DNA of 64,000 nt, from contig CAZFEF010000001.1 of NCBI GenBank assembly GCA_964517555.1, positions 56,598 to 120,597 of the forward strand, written 5' to 3'. This document shows, piece by piece, positions 28,663 through 38,807 of this stretch. The DNA is from an uncultured Gammaproteobacteria bacterium (GTDB lineage: Bacteria > Patescibacteriota > Patescibacteriia > Patescibacteriales > UBA12465). Made by a program: the position numbers and the translations under genes. The notes under the pieces are model-generated. The model made no database searches, was not told the DNA's origin, and saw only the letters and a list, made by a program, of their open reading frames with translations. How positions within the stretch are numbered: the stretch's first letter is position 1; every line of letters begins with the position of its first letter.

Positions 28663-29682
28663 TTAGTTATAGTATTTATCAATCACACAAGCGCTGATAT
28701 CATCACCGGTTAGACTGATAGCTACCTCCTCTAAGCATCCCTGCTGGAACATCTCTTCTCTGATCTCGTTGGCAAAATAATCATCGCGACCAGCAATGCT
28801 CAATCCTAGATGTAGGGCAATTTCTTTCTTTTTATCAATCTCTCCGGAGTCGATAAGTTTCATTAAATATTTTTCTCTAATTTCTTCCGCTTCAGGCGAA
28901 TCGTCTAATACTAATGAGTCTAGCTTGATATTCATATCCCCCCTGCCTTTGGTGAATTCGGTCCGAATCTTTTCGCTGACCGCATCATATTGTCCCATGG
29001 AACTGATGAGCAAAGAATTGAAAAAATTACGCTGATCTCGGAAGGATACGTTATTTAAACACTTCAATTTTTCTTCTCGAGCTTTAGCCCCCCAAACACC
29101 GGTGAGACTGATGATGTAATCCTGAAACTGACCACCATTTTCTAAAAGTTTTTTACGCATTTCCCAAGCCTCTGGAGAATTTAATCCAATCAAACTCCAA
29201 AAAAGATTTTTCACTAAAGTCGGGCTGTTTTTATACCGATCATCTTTGCCCCCTAATTCTTGGTATAATTTTTCTCGCATCTTAAAAGACTCTGGATCAT
29301 CTAGGCCGCGCAAACTCAAACTAACGCTGTTTAGATCTACGCCGACGCTGATAGCTTTTTCTCTCATCTGCCAGGCGTCTTCGTCATCTAAGCCAGCCAA
29401 ACCTTTAATCACGTCATTACGGATAGCTCGAGCTCTATCCGGTCCCATCTCGGCAGTTGAGTCCCAAATATCTTGACGCAAATTCCAAGCTTCTAAGGAA
29501 TCAGAAAAAGCTAGGCAACTAGCGATAGTTCCCCGCCCCACTCCTTTTTGTCGCAGCTCTTTGAGGCGCTTAATTCGCTCCGACTCATTTAAAACTTCCT
29601 TAGACTCAACTTCGGTCTGGGTTTCAGCTCCGGAAATGTTCTCGGGATAATTATTTTTTTCTAAATTATTAGGGAAAGACAT
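28663..29682 (-). CDS. hypothetical protein with degenerate tandem alpha-helical repeats
   Basis: About 7 repeats with recurring (S/D)PEAWxMR(E/K)K(L/A) cores: EAWNLRQDIW, DAWQMREKAI, ESFKMREKLY, EAWEMRKKLL, EAEEIREKYL. Confidence 0.45.
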   Translation of the reverse strand: MSFPNNLEKNNYPENISGAETQTEVESKEVLNESERIKRLKELRQKGVGRGTIASCLAFSDSLEAWNLRQDIWDSTAEMGPDRARAIRNDVIKGLAGLDDEDAWQMREKAISVGVDLNSVSLSLRGLDDPESFKMREKLYQELGGKDDRYKNSPTLVKNLFWSLIGLNSPEAWEMRKKLLENGGQFQDYIISLTGVWGAKAREEKLKCLNNVSFRDQRNFFNSLLISSMGQYDAVSEKIRTEFTKGRGDMNIKLDSLVLDDSPEAEEIREKYLMKLIDSGEIDKKKEIALHLGLSIAGRDDYFANEIREEMFQQGCLEEVAISLTGDDISACVIDKYYN

Positions 29683-29766
29683 AATAGTATGATTAGTGAT
29701 TTAATATTTCAATTATAGTATAAAAACATGTTTTTGTCAAAGAAAAAACCACTAGATATTTATGAG

Positions 29767-30879
29767 TTAATTATTCTTTTTAAACTTCATCGAGGCCAAA
29801 AAAGTAGCGATGGGCATGGACAAGATTACCCCGACACTGCCCACTAAAGTCCTAACTATTTCCGTGCTAACTATTTCCGTGTTAAGCAACCGGCTAAAGG
29901 TCAGGCCAGAATTTTGATTGAGGATGAATAATAATAACAAGGGTAAGGCGGCACCGGCATAGGTCAGGAATAAAGTGTTGATGATTGCGCCCAGGTGAGT
30001 GTTTCCGATTTTATAGGCTAAGCTAAATACTTTTTTGGGGGGTAGCTTAGGGTTGGCGACTTTAATCTGTTCTACCGCCTCTATTTGGCCGATGATAATA
30101 TCATCTAAGACACCGATAGCGCCAATAATGAACCCGGCTAAAAGCAAGCCCTGAAAATTGATTTCAACATTTCCTGTTCCGATTAAAAAAGTCGTTTCTT
30201 CCTGAACCAATCCAGATAGTTTGGTTAATTTAGTAAAGATAATAGATAGAACCAGGGTTACAAATAGAGAAATCAGAACAGACAATATGGCTAGATGCGA
30301 CTTTCTCCTAAACCCTTCAGTGGTATAGATTATAATCCCTAGAATGATCAAACCACCGAATAAACTGATCAAAAATGGATCGCGACCGTTTAATATTTGT
30401 GGCAGGATAAATTTAATAATGATGACAAAGCTCAAAATCAAACTAATTAAAGCTTTAAATCCTTTAAGCCTTCCCACTAGCAAGACCGTTAAGACGAAAA
30501 TGGCAAATAAGAGATAAAGATAATTAGTCCTGACAAAATCAATTACATAAAAAGTCGTCTGTCCTTCACTGTCCGTATTACTATCAACCAAAACCTTATC
30601 TCCGGCTTGATAGAATCCGGCGTTAGCTACTTCGATTTCTGATATGCCATTATATATCACCTCTTTCCCCTTCCAATCACCTTCAAGGCCAGAGAGTTTT
30701 AAGTCCTGTTGTTTGAAGGTTGATCCGTCTTCTCTAGTTTTTTCTTCTACCCGGATAACTTCTACTACTCTGGCTTTAAAGACGCTAGTCTTTTCAGGAT
30801 TGTTATCAGCCCGAAGTGAGAATGGAAATAGCAGAAGGGCCAAAAGTAATAAGGCAAATATTTTTTTATAGCGGCTCAT
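29767..30879 (-). CDS. YibE/F-like membrane protein
   Basis: Signal/TM, soluble N-terminal domain, then about 6 TM helices. The architecture resembles the YibE/F family. Confidence 0.45.
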   Translation of the reverse strand: MSRYKKIFALLLLALLLFPFSLRADNNPEKTSVFKARVVEVIRVEEKTREDGSTFKQQDLKLSGLEGDWKGKEVIYNGISEIEVANAGFYQAGDKVLVDSNTDSEGQTTFYVIDFVRTNYLYLLFAIFVLTVLLVGRLKGFKALISLILSFVIIIKFILPQILNGRDPFLISLFGGLIILGIIIYTTEGFRRKSHLAILSVLISLFVTLVLSIIFTKLTKLSGLVQEETTFLIGTGNVEINFQGLLLAGFIIGAIGVLDDIIIGQIEAVEQIKVANPKLPPKKVFSLAYKIGNTHLGAIINTLFLTYAGAALPLLLLFILNQNSGLTFSRLLNTEIVSTEIVRTLVGSVGVILSMPIATFLASMKFKKNN

Positions 30880-30882
30880 AAA

Positions 30883-31512
30883 TTATTTATTACTCCCAAC
30901 AAACCGATCCAAATAAAGACTCATCTTCTCACTAATATTCCGATGCTTATCTTTTTTGTATTGATCATATAACTCTCTCCAGGTAAAAAGAGAGTGGAGC
31001 TCTATTCCTGATTTTTTTAAATTATCCTTAGCCGATTTTTCAATATCTAAAACCGTAATGATGTCAGTCACTTTCAATCCTTTAGCCCTTAGCTTTTTAG
31101 CGAAATCAAGAACTGTATCAGCGGTCACCGTGGCATCTTCAATGATTAGAACCTTATCCCCTTTGCGATAAACTCCTAATAATTCGCCGGCGGTACTGTA
31201 ATTTTTAGGACCCTCTTTTCTAATAGCCAGGCTGGGAAATTTTAAAATACTAGCTAGGCCGTAGCTAAAAGGTAATCCGCCATAAGGGGCGCTGATGATT
31301 CTGTCAAAAGTTATCTTTTGGTCTTTAATTAATTTAAGAGCGAATCGATTAACCCTGGTTAGTAATTCGGGATAAGAAATAAATTTAGAGGTGTCTAAAA
31401 ATATAGGGGTGCGGCTACCATTTTTTAGTGGGATCCATTGGCTCTCATCGGGGGATGAGGCAACTTTAAACAACCCCAGATTGATTATATCTTTTAACAA
31501 TTGAGTCTTCAT
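30883..31512 (-). CDS. pyrE: type I phosphoribosyltransferase (orotate PRTase-like)
   Basis: PRPP-binding motif VLIIEDATVTADTV, plus YGGLPFSYGLAS. Confidence 0.55.
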   Translation of the reverse strand: MKTQLLKDIINLGLFKVASSPDESQWIPLKNGSRTPIFLDTSKFISYPELLTRVNRFALKLIKDQKITFDRIISAPYGGLPFSYGLASILKFPSLAIRKEGPKNYSTAGELLGVYRKGDKVLIIEDATVTADTVLDFAKKLRAKGLKVTDIITVLDIEKSAKDNLKKSGIELHSLFTWRELYDQYKKDKHRNISEKMSLYLDRFVGSNK

Positions 31513-31515
31513 ATT

Positions 31516-32088
31516 TTATTTAGATAAGATTATAATATCGAGCAATTCCGGGAAATGGTCGGTTTTCATGTGCGACAAACAAAAATGACCATGATTTGTA
31601 AAACGGTGGATAGAAATTTCAGGGATGCTTAGTTGTATTATTTTCACTGATTCCAAAATGTCATCTTTGTCATCTTCGGAGAATAATAAATGGATTTCCC
31701 CTACCCGATCATTAAGGGTCGAATCAAGGCTAAAATCAAAAAAGTCAGAACTCTTTTTTCTTTGAGGATCAAGCCAGGGGGCCACTAGCACCAATTTATT
31801 CACTTTAACTTTATTTTCCGTTAGCCACCGCAATAAAAATCCACCTCCACAACTATGACCAACTAAAATTGTTTTCTCATTAACCTCGAACCTTTCTAGC
31901 TCCTTGGCCCATTCTTCGTATACCGGATTATAAGCCTCAGGCATTTCCGGGGCTTGGGTTAAGATATTTTTGATCAATAGTTGCTTTTGAAGCCACGGAA
32001 GCCAATGGCTATTGGATAAAGAAGGATACTTATCGTCGAAATATTCTTCTCGGCTACAACTTCCATGAATGATAATAGCGTTTTTCAT
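31516..32088 (-). CDS. alpha/beta-hydrolase-fold serine hydrolase (YdeN/RBBP9-like)
   Basis: GHSCGG nucleophile elbow (GxSxG), and a downstream His in NHGHF. Confidence 0.5.
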   Translation of the reverse strand: MKNAIIIHGSCSREEYFDDKYPSLSNSHWLPWLQKQLLIKNILTQAPEMPEAYNPVYEEWAKELERFEVNEKTILVGHSCGGGFLLRWLTENKVKVNKLVLVAPWLDPQRKKSSDFFDFSLDSTLNDRVGEIHLLFSEDDKDDILESVKIIQLSIPEISIHRFTNHGHFCLSHMKTDHFPELLDIIILSK

Positions 32089-32107
32089 ATATTCTTTATT
32101 TTATGCT

Positions 32108-33976
32108 TTATTTAGGAGAAAAAAACAGAGAACCCATGATGCTGACGTTTCGATATTCAATAATATCACCGGATACGATCCTTTCTCCGGATATTTTTTC
32201 AATTGATAATCCAAAAGCCATGTCTTCATTCTTCGCTTCAATTATAATATGCTTGATGTCCTCTGGGCGGTATTTATATTTTTCTAGCGTCTGGGAAATA
32301 AAATCAGCGAAATCATAGCCGATGACGTCTTCCCTGTTTTTTTGAACGGTGAAATAATGTTGGTCACTGGGGATGCGTAGGCCGTACCAATTGCCATCCG
32401 GAAAACTAGCATTGGTTTCCGTGCCACCGACTTTCATGACGTATTTATATTTTTGAGACAATGGCATGTCAGACTCTTCAGAGATTGGTTCTTCGGGTGA
32501 GAGGGCTGATATGGAAAAATTTCCTTCGCTGGATAATTCCGGAATTGCTTGATTAATCAATTCTTCCTCCTCTTTGTTTTCCAGGCCAATTAAATCTTTT
32601 ACTATTTCCGATGGCAAAAGATACGACTTAGAACCATCGTTACTTTTTATCTCCTGACTAAATAATTTTTGTAAATTTGCGGGCCCATGAGCGTTATAGA
32701 GATAAACGACCAGATCGTTGATATTGTCTTTGTCTTCAACGGAGACTGAATCTGGGGCAGGAATTTTAACAATCTTTCCTTCGGATACGGCTTGATATTT
32801 ATCCAATATACTTATCAAACGATTACTTTGACATTGGCGAGCGACATTGAAAATGCTCCAAGGACCAAAGGAAAAAAGAATCATTACCAAACAAAGGGTG
32901 ATTGGAACTAGACGAATATCTTGGCGGCGACTGATTAGGAAATAAATACCGGCGACTAAGAGCCAAAGACCCAAAAGTATCAGTAGGTATCGATTCTCAG
33001 TTAAGCTATAATCAGAAATGCGAAGCCACAGGGCGACAAAGAACATAATTACTTGCGGTATAAGGGCGGCAAAAAATATTTTTCTAAATATTCTAATCCA
33101 ACGGAATTGTTCTTGCCAGGCATAAAGGACCATATAAATAACTATGCCAAACAAGGAAAATCCGGAAATCATATATACCAACGTGCCCTTAGGCCATTCC
33201 CCGACAATCAATACTTTAACGGTATAGCTATAAAGTATTAGAAAATATATGGTTAAAAGTGGCAACAATACGTATTGGGTAAATATTTTTATCTGCTTAG
33301 GATAACCTTTGTTCTCGGCGGCTTCGATCGGATCCTTAGGCAGGCGAGACAAAAAGAATATTGATGAAAATAGAGTCGAGACTAAAACTCCTGCGACCAA
33401 AATTATCTTATCTATATCAGTATCAAACAAGTAGTTAATTGAAGCCCAAATAATTACTAAGCCAATGTTGATCACCGCACAGTAAAGAGCGGTTAGAAGG
33501 GCCGAGACAACCATCTTTTTGACATGTTGCCAAAAGACGTTGATAATATTTTTCCGCCAAAACAATAAACCAACAAAAGTTAGAGATAAGGTGGCGCTTA
33601 GTGACCAGAGAACGAGTCGTAGATCCTCTTTTTCAATTGAATGCCCCGGATTATCAATTAAAAAATTAAGGCGCGAAAAAACGATAAAGATGAAAATGGC
33701 TACCAGTAAATCTAGCCCACGTTTATATTTGTTGGGCCAGGATTTGGACTCACCAAAAAAAGTAGAAGCGATAAAGAGCACTTCAGCCAAAGCCAGGATT
33801 GTGAAGGCGTGGATTAACTTTATAAAAGGAACGACAGCTTCTGATTCAAAATCCAGATTATTAAGAATCAAATAAATATAAATAAAAGCCATGCCAGTCG
33901 CCGCTAAGATGGCCGAGGGAAAGCGGAAAAGGACTTCTTTGATCTTAACTAATGTCTTTTTTAAGTTTTGATTCAT
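32108..33976 (-). CDS. hypothetical polytopic membrane protein (622 aa) with C-terminal soluble domain
   Basis: About 11 hydrophobic helices in the N-terminal 400 aa. No motif recognized. Confidence 0.45.
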   Translation of the reverse strand: MNQNLKKTLVKIKEVLFRFPSAILAATGMAFIYIYLILNNLDFESEAVVPFIKLIHAFTILALAEVLFIASTFFGESKSWPNKYKRGLDLLVAIFIFIVFSRLNFLIDNPGHSIEKEDLRLVLWSLSATLSLTFVGLLFWRKNIINVFWQHVKKMVVSALLTALYCAVINIGLVIIWASINYLFDTDIDKIILVAGVLVSTLFSSIFFLSRLPKDPIEAAENKGYPKQIKIFTQYVLLPLLTIYFLILYSYTVKVLIVGEWPKGTLVYMISGFSLFGIVIYMVLYAWQEQFRWIRIFRKIFFAALIPQVIMFFVALWLRISDYSLTENRYLLILLGLWLLVAGIYFLISRRQDIRLVPITLCLVMILFSFGPWSIFNVARQCQSNRLISILDKYQAVSEGKIVKIPAPDSVSVEDKDNINDLVVYLYNAHGPANLQKLFSQEIKSNDGSKSYLLPSEIVKDLIGLENKEEEELINQAIPELSSEGNFSISALSPEEPISEESDMPLSQKYKYVMKVGGTETNASFPDGNWYGLRIPSDQHYFTVQKNREDVIGYDFADFISQTLEKYKYRPEDIKHIIIEAKNEDMAFGLSIEKISGERIVSGDIIEYRNVSIMGSLFFSPK

Positions 33977-34274
33977 ATTATTAAAATGATAATTTAAGCG
34001 GTTTTTAAATTATAGCATTATTTCATCAAATTTTATAGAACAGAAAATTAAAACTCTGAAGCCGTTCAGCTCCAGGGTTTTGGCAATTTTTTGCCTCCAT
34101 TCTATTCGTTAAAGAATTTTTGATGGAGTTTTTCGCCGAGATCTTCCATTCGAAGAAGGCTCTCGGGCAACAAAGACTAGATAATATTGGCTGGTCGACA
34201 GATTTAATAATTTAGGGTATGATTAGTTCAATAAAACAGTTCTTATTAAAATCTAACGTAAAAACCCACATAGA

Positions 34275-35765
34275 ATGAATGTCCTATTGATTTATCCCAA
34301 ATTCCCAGATACGTTTTGGAGCTTTAAACACGTCATGAAGTATGTGAACAAAAAAGCCTCCTTTCCGCCTCTGGGATTACTAACCGTGGCGGCCATGCTG
34401 CCGCGAGAATGGAACCTAAAGTTAGTTGATGTTAACGTCAGCGAACTTACCGATTCAGATTTGGATTGGGCCGAGATGATTATGGTTAGCGGCATGTTGA
34501 TTCAGCGAGTCGGTGCCGAAGAAGTAATAGTTCGAGCTAAAGCTAAAGGAAAGAAGGTTGTCGTTGGCGGACCGTTGTTCGCTAACCTGGTAGATGATTT
34601 CCTGGCTTTAGGAGTTGATCATTTTGTTTTGGGAGAAGCTGAAAATACTTTAGCTCCATTCCTCAATGATTTGTCAGCCAACCAGGCTCAAACCATCTAC
34701 CAACCAGATGCCGGTCGTTGGCCAAGCATGACCAAAGTGCCTAAGCCATTGTGGCATTTAATCGATTTTAATCATTATGCCACGATTCCGGTCCAGTTTT
34801 GTCGAGGTTGTCCATTCAATTGTGAATTCTGCGACATCCGGGCTACCTATGGCCCACCTCGAAACAAAGCCAACGAGCAGTTTATTGCTGAACTCCAGTC
34901 CCTCTATGACGCCAACTACCGAGGAGTGATCTTCGTAGTTGATGACAACCTGATCGGCAACAAAGCCAAGGTCAAATCCATGTTGCGAGCACTGATTGAA
35001 TGGCAAAAAGAACATCGCTATCCATTTCGCTTCCTAACCCAAGCCGATATCAATCTGGCCGTGGATGACGAGCTCTTAGATCTGATGGTGGCTGCCAATT
35101 TCTACAAAGTTTTCTTAGGATTGGAATCTCCTCATTTGGCCAGCCTAGAAAGATGCGACAAGGACCCAAACCTAAAGGTTGATATGTCAGAGGCGATCAA
35201 GAAAATTCATCGCCACGGTATCTTGGTTATGGGCGGCTTCATTGTCGGTATCGACGGTGACCCCAACAACATTTTCGACCAGCTACTGAAATTTATCCGT
35301 CAAAATGGAGTGGTCATCTCAATGATCGGCCTGATGATAGTTATACCCGGAACCAGATTATATTATCGGCTCAAAGCCGAGAATCGGTTGCTGAATGCCA
35401 GCGATGGTGATAATACCAATATCCAATTAAACTTCGTCCCTAAGATGGAGCCCAAAAAATTGATCTCCGGCTACAAGAGGTTGGTAACCTCAGCCTATTC
35501 AACTCGGGAATACTACCGACGAATCCACATCATGCTCAATAATTATCGCCCCCAATCTAAGGGCGGGAGAATAAAGCTCATGGATATTAGAGCTTTTCTG
35601 ATGAGCGTTTTCCTGATTGGTCTTTCCTCTACTGGAATCTATTACTGGACTTTGATCCTTCGAGTATTGTTCACCGGCCAATTTAAATCTTTGGGCATGG
35701 CCATTGAACTAGCCATAGATGGACAACACTTCAAACGGGTAGCTAAACAATTGCGAAAAGCATAA
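34275..35765 (+). CDS. B12-binding-domain radical SAM protein
   Basis: N-terminal cobalamin-binding-like domain, then the CRGCPFNCEFCD (CxxxCxxC) radical SAM cluster motif. Confidence 0.75.
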   Translation: MNVLLIYPKFPDTFWSFKHVMKYVNKKASFPPLGLLTVAAMLPREWNLKLVDVNVSELTDSDLDWAEMIMVSGMLIQRVGAEEVIVRAKAKGKKVVVGGPLFANLVDDFLALGVDHFVLGEAENTLAPFLNDLSANQAQTIYQPDAGRWPSMTKVPKPLWHLIDFNHYATIPVQFCRGCPFNCEFCDIRATYGPPRNKANEQFIAELQSLYDANYRGVIFVVDDNLIGNKAKVKSMLRALIEWQKEHRYPFRFLTQADINLAVDDELLDLMVAANFYKVFLGLESPHLASLERCDKDPNLKVDMSEAIKKIHRHGILVMGGFIVGIDGDPNNIFDQLLKFIRQNGVVISMIGLMIVIPGTRLYYRLKAENRLLNASDGDNTNIQLNFVPKMEPKKLISGYKRLVTSAYSTREYYRRIHIMLNNYRPQSKGGRIKLMDIRAFLMSVFLIGLSSTGIYYWTLILRVLFTGQFKSLGMAIELAIDGQHFKRVAKQLRKA

Positions 35766-35839
35766 ATCGCAACCCCAAAAACCGCCGACAATGTCCTGCG
35801 GTTTTTTAAATTTTAATATTATTAACGTTTTAAATGTCA

Positions 35840-36742
35840 CTAGTCACTTTTTCCTATTAATCTCCTGGGATTTTTTATCAACATAATTTTAATTTCGTTT
35901 TCATTAATACCTTCTTTTTTTAATAGCTTAACAAATTGTTTCAAGGCTTCGCTTGGCGTAAGGCTAAAAATTTGCCCCACGTCAGAGGACAAAATACAAT
36001 TAGCCGCGCCGACAAATTTTATTTGCTCAACTATTTTCTTAATTGATATCTTGTCAATCGAATACATAGAAAAACAGTGCTCAACCAGGGCTCCTAGTTT
36101 TGTCAGTTTTTTCTGAATATCAATAGGCATATCGATTTTTTGATATATCGGGTGAGTGATGATAATTTTTTTGAGTCCGATCTTATTGACGGCAAATTTT
36201 ACCAGGGATTGTGATTCTTGCCAAGAAATATGGCCAGTCGCCAAAATAGCATCCGATTTTTTGATCTCGACTAACACTTCTTTCACCTCTCGACTTATTT
36301 TCATCTTCTCATCAAAGATCTTCAATCCCTTGATAAATTTTGTCGGACGAAATTTAAATTGCTTTCTGGTTTCAACATCAATCCATTCACCTGGAATCTC
36401 AAATTTTTGATTTTTCAAAATATTTTCCGAGTGAATTGTAGGAAACCAAACAATAATTGGATTGGCTGATATCTCCGCTAAACACCTGACGGCGGCAGCA
36501 TTAAATCCACCAACGTAGTGGTTTAGGGTTATAGAGCTGATAACCAATGGGCACCCGGGTTTTATGGCGCTTCTCTTAGTATCACCAATAATTGGGAAAA
36601 AGTGATTTTTTACCCCCACACCGCCCAGCTTATTTGCCTCTTCTTTTAATAATTCGGGTAAAATAAATTTACGCGGAATTATTTCTGGTCCGACGTGAAC
36701 ATGTAAATCAATCGCTTTTTTTATGATTTTATTATAATCCAT
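35840..36742 (-). CDS. putative metal-dependent hydrolase (amidohydrolase/TIM-barrel-like)
   Basis: N-terminal DLHVHVGPE motif typical of metal-binding HxH in the amidohydrolase-like superfamily. Otherwise unassigned. Confidence 0.35.
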   Translation of the reverse strand: MDYNKIIKKAIDLHVHVGPEIIPRKFILPELLKEEANKLGGVGVKNHFFPIIGDTKRSAIKPGCPLVISSITLNHYVGGFNAAAVRCLAEISANPIIVWFPTIHSENILKNQKFEIPGEWIDVETRKQFKFRPTKFIKGLKIFDEKMKISREVKEVLVEIKKSDAILATGHISWQESQSLVKFAVNKIGLKKIIITHPIYQKIDMPIDIQKKLTKLGALVEHCFSMYSIDKISIKKIVEQIKFVGAANCILSSDVGQIFSLTPSEALKQFVKLLKKEGINENEIKIMLIKNPRRLIGKSD

Positions 36743-36816
36743 ACTTTTTATATTTAAATTAATATTAGTTTTAAGATGGGGATATCAAACAAATTTGCTC
36801 GATATCCCCTTAAAAG

Positions 36817-37506
36817 TTATAACCAAGGGGCATGAAGATCGCTTGGCAAGAGATAAAGACGAGGAAGATTATAATCAACTACATCATCTTTATGTCTAGC
36901 GACACAGGAAATTTTAATCGGCCTGAATTCTTCTTCAACTAACATGGCCTCAGCTAATCTTTCCGTTAGATAATCAACGGGGTTTCCGCCCTTACCCATC
37001 GCTTTAGCCGTTTGACCTGCTCGAGATAACAAATCACGACTAACAAAAGAGGTGAAATTCTCCCTAACCTTTTGCCGATAAACTTCGGCTTGTTGATCAA
37101 ATTCAGACCAAAGCCTAAACTCAACATTCGGCATCATTTCCTTTAGCCCTTCTGCTAAGTTAGCAAAATATTGGCAGACCAACACTTCGGATAATCCATT
37201 TATCCTTGTGCCGTACAAATCTGCTCCAAGGAAGATCCAACGAAATTTTTTGTCAGGCATTCTTTCTTGCCAATCATCAAGCAGTATAGTCAAAAAATCA
37301 ATAACCTTAATTTCCTTGTCTCCCGGGAAAATCTCCGCCCCGCGATGACCCCAATTGTACCTGGGACCCCAAGGAGTAAACAACGTAATTTTTTCCTGAC
37401 GCAGACGCGGTAGAACCCCGTCTTCATAGCGGACCGCTCTGGCCGTTCTTTTTTCTGGATAAAAAACAGTATTAAACCATTTAATTCCCTCATTTTGTTC
37501 TTTCAT
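36817..37506 (-). CDS. hypothetical protein (229 aa)
   Basis: ORF only. Confidence 0.4.
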   Translation of the reverse strand: MKEQNEGIKWFNTVFYPEKRTARAVRYEDGVLPRLRQEKITLFTPWGPRYNWGHRGAEIFPGDKEIKVIDFLTILLDDWQERMPDKKFRWIFLGADLYGTRINGLSEVLVCQYFANLAEGLKEMMPNVEFRLWSEFDQQAEVYRQKVRENFTSFVSRDLLSRAGQTAKAMGKGGNPVDYLTERLAEAMLVEEEFRPIKISCVARHKDDVVDYNLPRLYLLPSDLHAPWL

Positions 37507-37614
37507 TTTTCAATTTCCTTTTGGTTATTATTAAGTTGCGCCCTTTTTAGATAATAAAAAACCCTTCTAAAAAGGGGTCGCTCGTGATTTAAAAAAAACA
37601 CAATCAGCCCCTTT

Positions 37615-37917
37615 TTACAAGGAATGATTGTGATGATGAAGCTTGCTGATCGCTAAACGATAACCGCCGGAACCATTATTTAACCAAGAGGCTACGCGGC
37701 TAACTGTGGTGGTGCTAGTTTTTAGTTTGGCTGCTATCTCGCGATAAGGAATTTTATCATTAACCAACTGGGCTATTTCCCAACGATCAGCCATTTCTTT
37801 TATTTCCTCAATAGTACATAGATCACGGAAAAAACATTCAGCCTCTTTAACTGAATTTAGGTTTAAAATAGCCGAAAATAAGCTATTTGTTTTTTGATTA
37901 AATTTAAATTGATTCAT
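37615..37917 (-). CDS. TrpR-like YerC/YecD-family DNA-binding protein
   Basis: About 100 aa. The REIAAKLKTSTTTVSRVASWLNNGSGGY helix-turn-helix segment is typical of the YerC/YecD family. Confidence 0.6.
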   Translation of the reverse strand: MNQFKFNQKTNSLFSAILNLNSVKEAECFFRDLCTIEEIKEMADRWEIAQLVNDKIPYREIAAKLKTSTTTVSRVASWLNNGSGGYRLAISKLHHHNHSL

Positions 37918-38002
37918 ATATTCTGTATTACTGTATTATTATGATAACACACAAAAATATTATGTCAAGTGAAGAATAACGCAAACTAAAATACACCCGT
38001 TC

Positions 38003-38046
38003 AAACAAAAATGAGCCGAAAGGCTCATTTTTGTGTATATGCTCGC
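38003..38046. repeat. copy 1 of a ~44-bp hairpin repeat (AAAAATGAGCC-gaaa-GGCTCATTTTTGTGTATATGCTCGC)
   Basis: Near-identical to copy 2 at 38808-38849. A-run, hairpin, T-run. TGTGTATAT resembles an extended -10. Confidence 0.6.
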
Positions 38047-38114
38047 TTGGAGGGGCTGCTTTCGAGCTTTATTTGCAGAAACATTATAAAAAATGATAAC
38101 ATATAAAAAAGTTA

Positions 38115-38747
38115 TTGAATCTTATTAATATGACAACCGCGCTACAAATAATTGCCTCTATCTTGCCAATAGCCGTTTGCATAACCTATTTAAGACAAGT
38201 GTCCAGAGGAGAATCAACACCCAATCCTAGTACCTGGGTTATTTGGTTTATAGTAACAGGCATTAATACAGTGACCTATTTCCAGGTTGTAAATAGTGAT
38301 TATTTCAAAACCTCAATTGTATTTACGGTTTTCCTCTCTATGGGCGCGACTATGGCCTATTCTTTTTTTAAAGGAAAATTTGCAAAGCTAGCGAAGCTTG
38401 ATATGTCCATACTAACTTTATCTATAATTATTGGAATATTTTGGTGGATAACCAAAAATGCTGATATTGCTAGCTTGCTATTACAAATAATAATTTTTAC
38501 CTCCTACCTACCAACAGCCGTTGGTCTAATAAAAAATCGTCTGAAAGAAAAACATTTACCTTGGACATTAATTGTAATAGCCTATATCCTCCAAACTATT
38601 TCATTGTTAATGAATTATGATGGCAATTTATATCAGTTATTTTTACCGACTATTAATGGCATTATTGGCAATGGATTAATTTTAACAATAATTTTATATA
38701 AAGAAGTAAAAACGGGCAAATGGATTCGAACCAATTTGACCCAATAA
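38115..38747 (+). CDS. hypothetical polytopic membrane protein (210 aa)
   Basis: Six hydrophobic helices. Its last about 9 codons fall inside direct repeat A. Confidence 0.5.
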   Translation: MNLINMTTALQIIASILPIAVCITYLRQVSRGESTPNPSTWVIWFIVTGINTVTYFQVVNSDYFKTSIVFTVFLSMGATMAYSFFKGKFAKLAKLDMSILTLSIIIGIFWWITKNADIASLLLQIIIFTSYLPTAVGLIKNRLKEKHLPWTLIVIAYILQTISLLMNYDGNLYQLFLPTINGIIGNGLILTIILYKEVKTGKWIRTNLTQ

Positions 38748-38797
38748 AAATGACCTACTCGCTAAAATAATAAAACCAAGGCCAAAATTTTCGAATC
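38722..38797. repeat. direct repeat A (~76 bp, ~80% identical to 62457-62532), candidate island boundary
   Basis: ggattcgaac[c/t]aattt[g/a]acccaataaaaatg… is shared with the region overlapping the 3' end of the serine recombinase gene. In copy A it encodes …WIRTNLTQ*. In copy B it would encode GIRTNLTQ*. Confidence 0.55.
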
Positions 38798-38807
38798 ATA
38801 TACCATA

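Noticed and set aside
38722-38735. GGATTCGAACC motif resembling a tRNA TΨC arm
   Set aside because: No cloverleaf can be built around it and it lies in the coding 3' end of gene 38115..38747. The similarity to the real tRNA-Gln T-arm (62604-62614) is probably coincidental or a remnant. It is retained only as part of direct repeat A.
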